Source: Desulfatiglandales bacterium (GTDB lineage Bacteria; Desulfobacterota; DSM-4660; Desulfatiglandales; Desulfatiglandaceae). From it: a stretch of 32,000 nt of DNA. The notes under the pieces are model-generated. The model was not told the origin of the DNA. It made no database searches and worked only from the letters and a program-made list of their open reading frames with translations. This document shows, piece after piece, positions 9,311 through 17,777 of this stretch. A program made the position numbers and the translations under genes. How positions within the stretch are numbered: position 1 is the first letter of the stretch; the number at the start of each line of letters is the position of its first letter. The stretch covers positions 3,661,258-3,693,257 of the forward strand of contig OY762721.1 in assembly GCA_963666345.1 (NCBI GenBank), in the 5' to 3' direction.

Positions 9311-10510
9311 ATGAACCGGATGAAGACCATAGCCGTGGTAGGCACCTTTGACTCGAAGGGGGAGGAGCATCTCTTTTTAAAGGAGCGGATAGAGAAAAGA
9401 GGCTTTTCAGCCCTCACCATAAACGTGGGCACAAAAGGACCCGGGACCTTCAAGGCGGATATCGATCTGTTCATCCGGCTTGAAAAAGTGGACGGGCTTG
9501 ACCATGAAAGCAGAGACAGAGCCATCGCAGCCATGCTTCAAAGGGCAAAGGAGCTTGTAAGACAACTCCATGAAAGAAAGGAAATCTGTGGAATAATCTC
9601 CGCCGGCGGGGGCACCGGCACGCATCTGGGCACCGGCATAATGAGGGCGGTTCCGATGGGTGTTCCCAAGGTAATGGTATCTACTGTGGCATCAAGGGAT
9701 ATGTCGAAGGTGGTGGGTACCAGGGATATCACCATGATGCACAGTGTGGCTGACCTTCTGGGGGTAAACAGCATATCAGGAGCCGTGCTTGACAGGGCCG
9801 CGGCCGCGGTCTGCGCAATGACGGGTAACGGCTGGAGTCCGGGGATTGAAAAGAAAAGGATCGCGCTCACGTTTTTCGGTTTTATCACTCCGGCGGCTGA
9901 AATGATAAAGGAGCGGCTTGAGCGGCTTGACTACGAGGTGATCGCCTTTCATGCCAACGGCACGGGCGGCATGGCAATGGAGGAGCTTGCGTCCGAAGGC
10001 TATTTCAGCGGCATTCTCGATCTTGGGACACATGAACTGGCCGATGAACTGAAAGGGGGATACTGCTCCGGCATAGGGCCTGAAAGGCTTGTCCTCCCGC
10101 CGGGCATTGTTTTGCCGAGGCTCGTGGTTCCGGGGGGTCTTGACTGCGCGGTCCTTGAGTTTACAAGAGAAAAGATCCCTGAAAAATACAGGGGCAGGAA
10201 GATATTTTTCTATGATTTCCGTTCGGCCGTCCGTTTGAATGAAAAGGAGAGTCTTTTCATTGCCGCGCAGCTTTCGGAAAAATTGAACAAGTCACCTGCC
10301 GGGACAAGGGTTCTTGTCCCCCTGGATGGATGGTCAGAGGCGGACAGGCAGGGAGGTCCTCTTTACGACCCGGCATTGAGTGGGCTTTTCCTTGATAGAT
10401 TGAAGCGGACCCTTGATCCTGAAATAGAGGTCATGGAGGTCGGGATGCATATTAATGATCCTGCGTTTGCGCGGCTTGCCGCCCGAATCATGCATAAGAT
10501 GATCGGATGA
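9311..10510 (+). CDS. Tm-1-like ATP-binding domain / UPF0261 family protein (copy 1)
   Basis: KTIAVVGTFDSKGEEHLFLKERIEKRG, GIISAGGGTGTHLGTGIMRAVPMGVPKVMVSTVAS, VLVPLDGWSEADRQGGPLYDP. ATG at 9311 is preceded by GGGGAGGA. Confidence 0.88.
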   Translation: MNRMKTIAVVGTFDSKGEEHLFLKERIEKRGFSALTINVGTKGPGTFKADIDLFIRLEKVDGLDHESRDRAIAAMLQRAKELVRQLHERKEICGIISAGGGTGTHLGTGIMRAVPMGVPKVMVSTVASRDMSKVVGTRDITMMHSVADLLGVNSISGAVLDRAAAAVCAMTGNGWSPGIEKKRIALTFFGFITPAAEMIKERLERLDYEVIAFHANGTGGMAMEELASEGYFSGILDLGTHELADELKGGYCSGIGPERLVLPPGIVLPRLVVPGGLDCAVLEFTREKIPEKYRGRKIFFYDFRSAVRLNEKESLFIAAQLSEKLNKSPAGTRVLVPLDGWSEADRQGGPLYDPALSGLFLDRLKRTLDPEIEVMEVGMHINDPAFARLAARIMHKMIG

Positions 10511-10529
10511 TCGAACGGCGGCAGGCGAG

Positions 10530-11051
10530 TCAGGCATCATGCGCTTTCCCCTTGGATTTTAAGCCCTGTTTGAAACTTTCCCAGAACTCCTTGTCATTGT
10601 CCTGCCACGCAGCCCCGAATCTTCTTTCAAAATAGGATGAAGGCAGTTTCTCCTGCCATTTTCCCCAGGGGTCTTCCCCCTTTTTCTTGGCCTCGATAAT
10701 GTCATTTATAAAAGAGGCGATATCCGCGATCTCATCTTTCGGTATATAGGAGTCTGCACCCTGTTTTATCGATTTTACCAGGTTGTCGGGCGTAAACGCA
10801 TGGGCTGTGAGCATGACGGCCGTTGTGCCTTTACTGTTGCAGATTTCAAGAAGTCGGTAACCGTTGACCCCCATGATATCAAGCACTGCTACGTCGAATT
10901 CCTCTTTTTCAAGCAGTTCCCGCGCCTCCTCAAACGTGGAGGCACTGACCACGTCACACATGAATAAAAGTTCTTCCAGTACCTGCAGAATGTCAGGTTC
11001 ATCATCGACTATCAAGACCCTTTTACCGTCAAGCAAAGCGGTTTCAGACAT
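10530..11051 (-). CDS. Single-receiver-domain response regulator with short non-DNA-binding C-terminal tail
   Basis: RVLIVDDEPDILQVLEELL, FDVAVLDIMG, AVMLTAHAF, GADSYIPKDEI; no recognisable output domain in the last ~55 aa. Confidence 0.85.
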   Translation of the reverse strand: MSETALLDGKRVLIVDDEPDILQVLEELLFMCDVVSASTFEEARELLEKEEFDVAVLDIMGVNGYRLLEICNSKGTTAVMLTAHAFTPDNLVKSIKQGADSYIPKDEIADIASFINDIIEAKKKGEDPWGKWQEKLPSSYFERRFGAAWQDNDKEFWESFKQGLKSKGKAHDA

Positions 11052-11196
11052 GAATTATCCTCCTTTTATAAAATGACGCCCGATCAGTAAACAGTCAAGC
11101 GGTCGACTCAAGAACCTATCACATGATCCGGGAATATTCCACTGAATAGATAAGCAGTCCCATGCCTGATCGTGGATGACGAACCTGTTGCCCGCC

Positions 11197-12144
11197 TTAC
11201 CTCCTTCTTGCAAGTATCCTGTTCATGAGCGCCCCTATCCCCTGGGGCGTCATGTCTTTCGGGGTCAGCTTGAGGAGTATGTCCACAAATGCCCGGGCCG
11301 CCATTGAAAGATACTGCCCCTCCAAAAAGGCGATGCTCACGTCAAGAAATATCCTGCCTCCTTCAAGGGGCACGGTTGAAAGGCTTTTCCCCTTGAGCTC
11401 AAGGGCGACCGCCTCCTTTACCAGAAAGGAGATCCCTTCTCCCCTTTGAACCAGCTGTTTGATAAATTCCGTGTTGCTGGTATCCATGAGTATGTCGGGT
11501 GTGCAGCCGTTTCGAGTGAAAAGCTCGTTTACCAGCCTCCTAGTGCCTGATCCGGTCTCCTTCATGATGACCGGCTCTCTGGCCAGATCCCTTATGGAGA
11601 CGGTCTTTTCTGCGGCCAGCGGGTGATCAGGTGCGAGTATCACGACCAGCTCTTCCTCGCTGAAGGGAATGAAACGGACATCGGGGTTTTCCTCCGCCTT
11701 GGCGATGATGGCCACTTCGTTTTTGAAGTCCAGCAGGCTGTGAATCATGTCAAGGGAGCTTCCCTCATCCAGGTAGATCCTAACCTGAGGGTAGGTTTCA
11801 TGAAAACCGGTAAGAAGATAAGGCATGAAGTAGCGGGCATAGGTCTTTGTCGTTCCAAGCCTCAGGACTCCCCTTTTGAGTTCCTTCATCTCCTCTATCA
11901 GGTGCTCAAGGTCCCTTTCATAATCAAATACCTTTACGGCGTATTCAAAAAGTGTCTTACCCTCGTCCGTAAGATATATGCTGCGGCCCTTTCTCTTAAA
12001 GAGCTTGAAGCTGCAGTGTTCTTCAAGGAGCCTTATCTGGGCGGTAACGGCCGGCTGGGTGATGTATAGACTTTTGGCTGCAAGGGTAAAACTGAGGTGC
12101 CTTGCTGTGTGGTAAAAGACCCTGAGTTGATTGAAATTGATCAT
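11197..12144 (-). CDS. LysR-family transcriptional regulator
   Basis: NFNQLRVFYHTARHLSFTLAAKSLYITQPAVTAQIRLLEEHCSFKLFKRKGRSIYLTDEG, then a substrate-binding-type effector domain; upstream of the aromatic cluster. Confidence 0.93.
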   Translation of the reverse strand: MINFNQLRVFYHTARHLSFTLAAKSLYITQPAVTAQIRLLEEHCSFKLFKRKGRSIYLTDEGKTLFEYAVKVFDYERDLEHLIEEMKELKRGVLRLGTTKTYARYFMPYLLTGFHETYPQVRIYLDEGSSLDMIHSLLDFKNEVAIIAKAEENPDVRFIPFSEEELVVILAPDHPLAAEKTVSIRDLAREPVIMKETGSGTRRLVNELFTRNGCTPDILMDTSNTEFIKQLVQRGEGISFLVKEAVALELKGKSLSTVPLEGGRIFLDVSIAFLEGQYLSMAARAFVDILLKLTPKDMTPQGIGALMNRILARRR

Positions 12145-12170
12145 GTGCCTGTCCTTTAAAAATAAAGCCT

Positions 12171-12214
12171 AAGCAAAATTTATGGATCAGGGTGATGCAT
12201 AAGTAAAATTTATG
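12171..12214. promoter_or_regulatory. Candidate LysR operator: direct repeat AAG(C/T)AAAATTTATG spaced exactly 30 bp
   Basis: AAGCAAAATTTATG at 12171-12184 and AAGTAAAATTTATG at 12201-12214, directly upstream of the LysR start at 12144. Confidence 0.45.
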
Positions 12215-12473
12215 TATATCATAAATATTATGAAGTTGACAGACACTTTTCAGTAATAAATTATAAGACTTATTTCCATAACAAGAACCTGGTACCGATC
12301 CCTCCACCAGTCCTGAGACCTTATCAAAAAGGATTCCTCATTAAGCGAAAACGCAGGTCGCTTCCTGAAAGCCTTATCTGAACGTGTTTTTTCTGTCCTG
12401 ACGTAACGGAATTCCCGGCTCTGTGGGCCTCAAAAAAACAGCAGTGCCTTAATGGAACGGGAAAAGTGAGCTG

Positions 12474-12521
12474 AAGTGACTAAAGTGACTAAAGTTGGAA
12501 GTGACTAAAGTGACTAAAGTT
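12474..12521. repeat. Tandem 23-nt perfect direct repeat AAGTGACTAAAGTGACTAAAGTT x2 (2-nt spacer)
   Basis: Copies at 12474-12496 and 12499-12521, each internally built from a 9-nt period (GTGACTAAA). Confidence 0.85.
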
Positions 12522-12830
12522 ATGGAGTCGCTTCGCTCCGCTTTCTTAGAGGTTCCATAGCCCTTTGAATCTGGGTTTTTTAGGCATTGCAAAGTCCGGA
12601 AGAGCAGGGTGTTTATTTTTCCCGTCCAATTGCAGAATGCAGTTTTCCTTAAACGTAAGAACCGGAATCAAGAAAGATAAAAAGAAAAAAACAGGAAAGA
12701 GGAGCCCCTCCACCTGACCCCCCGGCCCCTCAAATCCCTGTCCCCTATTTAAGATTTATTTCCCCGGTTTGGGAGTGCATCGACGCTCCACGCAACCATT
12801 CCAACCAACAACATCACAGGAGGGGGAAAA

Positions 12831-14690
12831 ATGGCAGATCAAAAGGCAGGAAGATTTCCGGATCCTCACGATTTCAAGGTGCCTCCCGGCCTGGAGGGCT
12901 GGGAAGAGATGTATCCATCGCACTATCTTTTTTCAAAGGAGAGGGGGGAATGGGAAAAGCAGCAGTTCTGGTATCAGGACAAGATTCATGCCCCTGAACC
13001 GGTGCCCCCCCTGGACCTGATCTTCCAGGAGGCCTGGCAGATCTCCCTTTCACAGTACACCACAAGGGTGTTCTGCATCCCCCCTGCCCAGGGAATCGCC
13101 CAGAGGATGGTCGGGTGCTACATGTACATCTGTGCCATCGCGCCGCCGCCCGATAAGGTTATCGGAGAAAAGGCGGCCCATTTCGAAAAGCGCGTTTTCT
13201 ACGTGTTCGAGCACTATGACGAACTGTGGGACAAGTGGCTCAACAAATTCAAGGCCCTCGGCAACGAGATGTCCGCGGTTGAGATCCCGGAGCAGATGCC
13301 CAAATTCGTGCCTGAAGATCAGGTGCTTCCCGCGCCCAGGGGCTACTACATATCCTATGACGTGATGGAGGCATTCGACAGGCTCGTAAACATGATGTTC
13401 AAGGGATGGCAGTACCACTTCGAGATGCTTAACCTCACTTATCTTGCCTACCTCATGTTCGGCGACGTATCAAGAAAGCTCTTTCCGGGAATCAGCGAGA
13501 GTGCCATCGGCAAGATGGTGGCAGGCGCCTATGTGTCGATGTTCAGGCCGGAGGAGGAGCTGTGCAGACTCGCAAGGCTAGCCTCTTCATCCCGCGGCGT
13601 TGCGGATATTCTGAAGACCGATATGTCGGTAGGGCAGAAGGTCTCCAAGCTTAACAAGATAACCGACGGCAAACACTGGCTGGAGGAGTTTGAGAAATCA
13701 AAGGACCCCTGGTTCTACGTGTCCTGCGGAAGCGGGTGGCTGCATCATGAGGGAAGCTGGATTACCAACCTTGAAATACCCTACAGCTATATAAAGGGCT
13801 ATGTGGAAAGCCTTGAAAGGGGCGAGAAGATCGAGCGCTCCCTTGACCAGATAGACAAAGAAAGGGACCAGATAGTAGAAGAGTACCGCAAACTGATCAA
13901 AACCGATGAAGACCGAAAATCGTTTGACGACGCCTACAAGACCATCCGGACCATATACCGGTACGCGGAGGATCATCTGTTCTGGGTGGAGCACTGGTTT
14001 CACACCATCTGGTATGAAAAGATAAGGAGATTCGGAAGCCTTCTCAAAGGAAACGGAATGCTCAACGAGGTGGACGATATATTCATGTTCACCCGCTATG
14101 AGATCCCGGAGATGCTGACCGAGCTTTCCACCGGCTGGGCCCTGGGAGTGGACATACCTTTAAGGGGCGATTTTTACAAGGCAAAGGCAAAAAAGAGGAG
14201 GAAGATCCTGGATGCTGCATCCGAATGGGCACCCACCCCCGCGCTCGGCGTACCACCCGAGGAGGTGGCGGAACCCTTCACGATCATGCTCTGGGGCGTG
14301 ACGACCGATAAGGTAAAGGAATGGCTCAAGGGTGTGGAGGTCCCGAAAGGAACTGAGATCAGCGAGATAAAGGGATTTGCGGCTTCGGCAGGGGCCGCGG
14401 AAGGTCCGGCCAGGGTGCTCAAGCTCTTAAAGGAGATCGTCGACATAAAACCGGGTGAGATTATCGTGTGCCCGTCGACCAATCCCTCGTGGGCGCCGGT
14501 GTTTACCAAGATCAAGGCGGCTGTCACGGACATCGGCGGGCTTACAAGTCATGCGGCCATAGTCTGCCGGGAATACGGAGTACCATCGGTCACGGGAACG
14601 GGAGTGGCCACATCCGTGATTAAAACCGGAGACATAATCAGGGTCGACGGAGACACAGGGCTGGTAACCATAGTGAAGCGGGCGCAGTGA
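12831..14690 (+). CDS. ppsA: Phenylphosphate synthase alpha-like subunit (PEP-synthase central/phosphohistidine domain protein, ~619 aa)
   Basis: Novel N-terminal region (FPDPHDFKVPPGLEGWEEMYPSHYLFS..SLSQYTTRVFCIPPAQG) fused to a PEP-utilising mobile domain, GGLTSHAAIVCREYGVPSV, with the phosphorylatable His codon at 14550-14552; immediately followed by a PEPS N-terminal-domain protein. Confidence 0.75.
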   Translation: MADQKAGRFPDPHDFKVPPGLEGWEEMYPSHYLFSKERGEWEKQQFWYQDKIHAPEPVPPLDLIFQEAWQISLSQYTTRVFCIPPAQGIAQRMVGCYMYICAIAPPPDKVIGEKAAHFEKRVFYVFEHYDELWDKWLNKFKALGNEMSAVEIPEQMPKFVPEDQVLPAPRGYYISYDVMEAFDRLVNMMFKGWQYHFEMLNLTYLAYLMFGDVSRKLFPGISESAIGKMVAGAYVSMFRPEEELCRLARLASSSRGVADILKTDMSVGQKVSKLNKITDGKHWLEEFEKSKDPWFYVSCGSGWLHHEGSWITNLEIPYSYIKGYVESLERGEKIERSLDQIDKERDQIVEEYRKLIKTDEDRKSFDDAYKTIRTIYRYAEDHLFWVEHWFHTIWYEKIRRFGSLLKGNGMLNEVDDIFMFTRYEIPEMLTELSTGWALGVDIPLRGDFYKAKAKKRRKILDAASEWAPTPALGVPPEEVAEPFTIMLWGVTTDKVKEWLKGVEVPKGTEISEIKGFAASAGAAEGPARVLKLLKEIVDIKPGEIIVCPSTNPSWAPVFTKIKAAVTDIGGLTSHAAIVCREYGVPSVTGTGVATSVIKTGDIIRVDGDTGLVTIVKRAQ

Positions 14691-14778
14691 TACGAATTTA
14701 ACCGGAAAGCCCCTTTCCCATTCAGGTCACTTTTTCGCTTCCTGTCTGTTGAAAGGGGCTTCTAGGTGAAAAGAGATC

Positions 14779-15849
14779 ATGGAACATATACTCGGTTTTG
14801 AAAGACTTGACAGGGGTTCCCTCGCCCTTGTGGGGGGAAAGAACGCGAGCCTGGGTGAGATGATAAAAAGCGGGGTCCGCGTGCCTCCCGGTTTTGCCGT
14901 TACAACCGACAGTTATCTTGGTTTTATAACAAAGACCGGTATAAAGGAGAAGATCTATGAGGCCCTCGCAGGTCTTGATCCTGAGGATGTGGAATCGCTC
15001 GACCGGGCAAGCGGCAAGGCGCGCGGGCTTATCATGGATTCATCCATGACAAGGGAGGGGAGGGATGCAATCGCAGGCGGTTATAAAACACTGTGCCGGG
15101 ATTGCAATAAAGATTACCTGCCTGTGGCGGTCAGATCAAGCGCAACGGCCGAGGACCTCCCGACCGCCAGTTTCGCCGGCCAGCAGGATACATTCCTCTG
15201 GGTCCTTGGGGCGGATAAGGTCATAGGCAATGTCCAGGCCTGCTGGGCAAGCCTGTTTACCCCCCGTGCCGTCAGCTACAGGATTAGGAACAAGTTTTCC
15301 CATGAAAAGGTACTCATAAGCGTCGGTGTCCAGAAGATGGTCAATTCGAGGAGCGCCGGTGTCATGTTTACCCTCAATCCGACCAACGGGGACCCTTCAA
15401 AGGTGGTCATAGAGGCAAGCTGGGGGCTGGGCGAGACGGTTGTTTCAGGTTCGGTTAATCCGGACAAGTTCGTGGTGGACAAGGTGATGCTGGAGATCAA
15501 TGAAAGGGACATATCCAAAAAGCATATAGAATGCCTGTATGACCCGGATGAAAAAAAGGTGGTCAACATCGAGGTGGAGCCGGAAAGACAGCAGAAATGC
15601 TGCCTGGAGGGCCGTGAGGTAAGGGAACTGGCCAGACTGGCAAAGGAAATAGAGGTCCATTACGGATGCCCCATGGACATCGAGTGGGCCATAGAAGAAG
15701 ACGCGTCCTTTCCCGAGAACATATTTATCGTTCAGGCACGGCCCGAGACCGTCTGGAGCCGGAAGGAGTCAAAGCCCGTCATAGGGGCGAAGAGCGGCTA
15801 TCAGCTTTTGATGGAAAAGGCGATGACAAGGATAAAGCTGAGGACATGA
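14779..15849 (+). CDS. ppsB: Phenylphosphate synthase beta-like subunit (PEP/pyruvate-binding ATP-grasp-type domain protein, ~356 aa)
   Basis: LVGGKNASLGEMIKSGVRVPPGFAVTTDSY, VAVRSSATAEDLPTASFAGQQDTFLWV, IEASWGLGETVVSGSVNPDKFVV, MDIEWAIE; ends before the swivel and C-terminal PEPS domains. Confidence 0.78.
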   Translation: MEHILGFERLDRGSLALVGGKNASLGEMIKSGVRVPPGFAVTTDSYLGFITKTGIKEKIYEALAGLDPEDVESLDRASGKARGLIMDSSMTREGRDAIAGGYKTLCRDCNKDYLPVAVRSSATAEDLPTASFAGQQDTFLWVLGADKVIGNVQACWASLFTPRAVSYRIRNKFSHEKVLISVGVQKMVNSRSAGVMFTLNPTNGDPSKVVIEASWGLGETVVSGSVNPDKFVVDKVMLEINERDISKKHIECLYDPDEKKVVNIEVEPERQQKCCLEGREVRELARLAKEIEVHYGCPMDIEWAIEEDASFPENIFIVQARPETVWSRKESKPVIGAKSGYQLLMEKAMTRIKLRT

Positions 15850-16013
15850 ATGAGATAAAATCCCCTTGTCCGATTAAGCTGGAGAAGAACCTTTTCAATA
15901 ATCCGGCATTCAGGGAAAACCAGGATAGAAGGATTTTGCATTTAAGGGTCATCTCCAAAAGAGTTGATTTAAATGAAGGAGTCTTTGCTCTTCTTATTCC
16001 TCGCTCAGTCCCA

Positions 16014-16032
16014 CCCTTCGACAAGCTCAGGG
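16014..16032. repeat. REP-like motif CCCTTCGACAAGCTCAGGG
   Basis: Exact motif in the intergenic region between ppsB-like and the four-helix-bundle remnant; it resembles a short extragenic repeat recalled from other environmental genomes. Confidence 0.4.
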
Positions 16033-16079
16033 CGGGTTCCCGGAAGGGGCCAAGGGTTCTAGGTATGGGAGGAAAACGA

Positions 16080-16273
16080 GTATAGAGTATGTGAGATTTC
16101 TCTATATTGCATATGGTTCAGTCTGTGAATCGGAAATTCGGGCCATGATATCAGCTGAATTGGGTTATTTGAAAGAAGTAAGGCTTCAGGAATTAAGGGG
16201 GAAAATCGGGGATGTCGAGACAATGCTCAAAGCGTTGATCAAATCCCCGGAAAGAAAACCCTCGAATCCTTGA
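16080..16273 (+). pseudogene. Truncated four-helix-bundle (S23/IVP-like) protein remnant, second copy, inverted relative to 8701-9050
   Basis: GRKTSIEYVRFLYIAYGSVCESEIRAMISAELGYLKEVRLQELRGKIGDVETMLKALIKSPE; homology to the other copy stops abruptly upstream (no IPSNIAEG). Confidence 0.75.
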
Positions 16274-16294
16274 CTCCTGGAACCCTTGGACCCT

Positions 16295-16316
16295 TTCTCC
16301 CAACTAATTGGGAGAA
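16295..16316. repeat. 22-nt palindrome TTCTCCCAA-CTAA-TTGGGAGAA
   Basis: 9-bp perfect stem with 4-nt loop. A near copy (one G-T type mismatch) is at 8696-8717 beside the other four-helix-bundle remnant. Confidence 0.85.
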
Positions 16317-16359
16317 GAACCGCATTTTTAACCGGCAGAAAGGGAGGTAAACAGGATCG

Positions 16360-17760
16360 ATGAAAGACATGAGAGATTTTATCCAAGAGGCGGAAGCCCG
16401 GGGCCTGCTCCACAGGATAAAGGCCGAGGTGGACTGGAACCTTGAGCTGTCCCATATCGCAAAACTTAACGAGGAAAACCAGGGACCGGCACTGCTTTTC
16501 GAAAACGTCAAGGATTACGACTCCCCAGTCATCACGAGCGTGTGCACCACCACCGAAAGACTTGCCCTCATAATGGGCATGCCGGGGGAATCGTCCTTGG
16601 TGGACATCATGAGGATGTGGGTGGAGAAAAATGAAGACAGGATTCCCCCCAGATATGTGGACAATGCGCCGTGCAAGGAAAACATCATGATGGGTGATGA
16701 TGTGGATCTTTTCAGGTTTCCCGCGCCCAAGTTTTATCCGATGGACGGCGGGCGTTTTTTCGGTACCGCCCATTTCGTGGTCACAAAAGACCCTGATACC
16801 GGGTGGGTCAACCTTGGCACATACAGGCTCCAGCTCCTGGACAAAAATCATCTCGGAACCCAGTTCATAAAGGGAAAGCATGCGGATATCATGCTCAAGA
16901 AATACCAGAAGCTGAAGGAGCCGATGCCTGTTGCGGTAGTGGTGGGATGCGACCCGATACTCTTTCTGATGGGGGCCTCAAGGCTCTCGGCCTTTGAAAG
17001 TGAATATGATTTCGCAGGCTCCATAAGGGGTGAGGCAATAGATGTAATAAAGGCTGAGACAAACGACCTGCCGGTTCCGGCCACGGCCGAGATCGTGGTG
17101 GAAGGGGAGGTGGACGCGGACACATTCATGGACGAAGGCCCGTTCGGCGAGTACACAGGCTACTATTCAGGTGTGGGGACCGACCCGAGAAATTTCATAG
17201 ACGTAAAGTGCGTGACCCACAGGACAAATCCCGTGTTCTGGTCCACCACGGTGGGACGCGCGGTGACGGACACCCACATGACCATGGCGCTTACCTACGG
17301 CGCGACCCTGTGGCAGCAGCTTGTCGCCATGAAAATCCCCGGCATAAAGGCGGTCTACTGCCCGCCCGAGGGCTCGGGACGCTTTCTTGCCATAATTTCC
17401 ATGACCCAGATGTATCCGGGACACGCGGATCAGGTCCTTACCGCCGCCATATCGACCGAGATGGGCGCCTACGGCCTCAAGACCGTTATCGTGGTGGATG
17501 ATGATATCGACCCGTGGGATATATCAAGGGTCATGTATGCGCTCAGCTTCAGGTTTCAGCCTAACAGGAGTCAGGTAATAAAAAGAGGGAGGTCCACCCC
17601 GCTTGATCCTTCTCTTCCCTTAAACGCAAGGGAGATCACAGGCAGGCTCCTGCTGGACGCCACCATACCGTATGACTGGAAGGAAAAGCCGATCCCTATT
17701 GAGCTTGATCCGGAGCTGGTGGAAAAGATAAAGGGCCGATGGTCTGAACTGGGGTTTTAG
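16360..17760 (+). CDS. UbiD-family prenyl-FMN-dependent (de)carboxylase (phenylphosphate carboxylase / hydroxybenzoate decarboxylase-like)
   Basis: ALLFENVKDYDSPVITS, VVVGCDPILFLMGASRL, VPATAEIVVEGEVD, MDEGPFGEYTGYYS, IYCPPEG-like, TVIVVDDDIDPWD, RGRSTPLDPS. Confidence 0.92.
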   Translation: MKDMRDFIQEAEARGLLHRIKAEVDWNLELSHIAKLNEENQGPALLFENVKDYDSPVITSVCTTTERLALIMGMPGESSLVDIMRMWVEKNEDRIPPRYVDNAPCKENIMMGDDVDLFRFPAPKFYPMDGGRFFGTAHFVVTKDPDTGWVNLGTYRLQLLDKNHLGTQFIKGKHADIMLKKYQKLKEPMPVAVVVGCDPILFLMGASRLSAFESEYDFAGSIRGEAIDVIKAETNDLPVPATAEIVVEGEVDADTFMDEGPFGEYTGYYSGVGTDPRNFIDVKCVTHRTNPVFWSTTVGRAVTDTHMTMALTYGATLWQQLVAMKIPGIKAVYCPPEGSGRFLAIISMTQMYPGHADQVLTAAISTEMGAYGLKTVIVVDDDIDPWDISRVMYALSFRFQPNRSQVIKRGRSTPLDPSLPLNAREITGRLLLDATIPYDWKEKPIPIELDPELVEKIKGRWSELGF

Positions 17761-17777
17761 ACAGGGGGAGAATCGAT

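Noticed and set aside
12474-12540. Possible CRISPR array
   Set aside because: Only two 23-nt units separated by 2 nt with internal periodicity; no spacers or cas genes.
12769-13020. Alternative-frame ORF overlapping the start of the ppsA-like gene
   Set aside because: Overlaps a well-supported 619-aa CDS in another frame; Arg/Pro/Thr-rich shadow ORF typical of GC-rich coding DNA.
12831-15849. Interpretation as an ordinary PEP synthase broken by a frameshift
   Set aside because: The two proteins are in the wrong order for a broken PpsA (phosphohistidine domain before the ATP-binding domain), the 619-aa protein has its own long N-terminal region, and both have proper starts and stops.
16186-16881. 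231-aa minus-strand ORF opposite the start of ubiD
   Set aside because: Long but fully explained as the antisense frame of ubiD codons plus the repeat-rich leader; no independent motif.
16803-17501. Several 64-102-aa ORFs on both strands inside the ubiD gene
   Set aside because: Shadow ORFs over a clear UbiD reading frame; low-complexity Pro/His/Arg composition.
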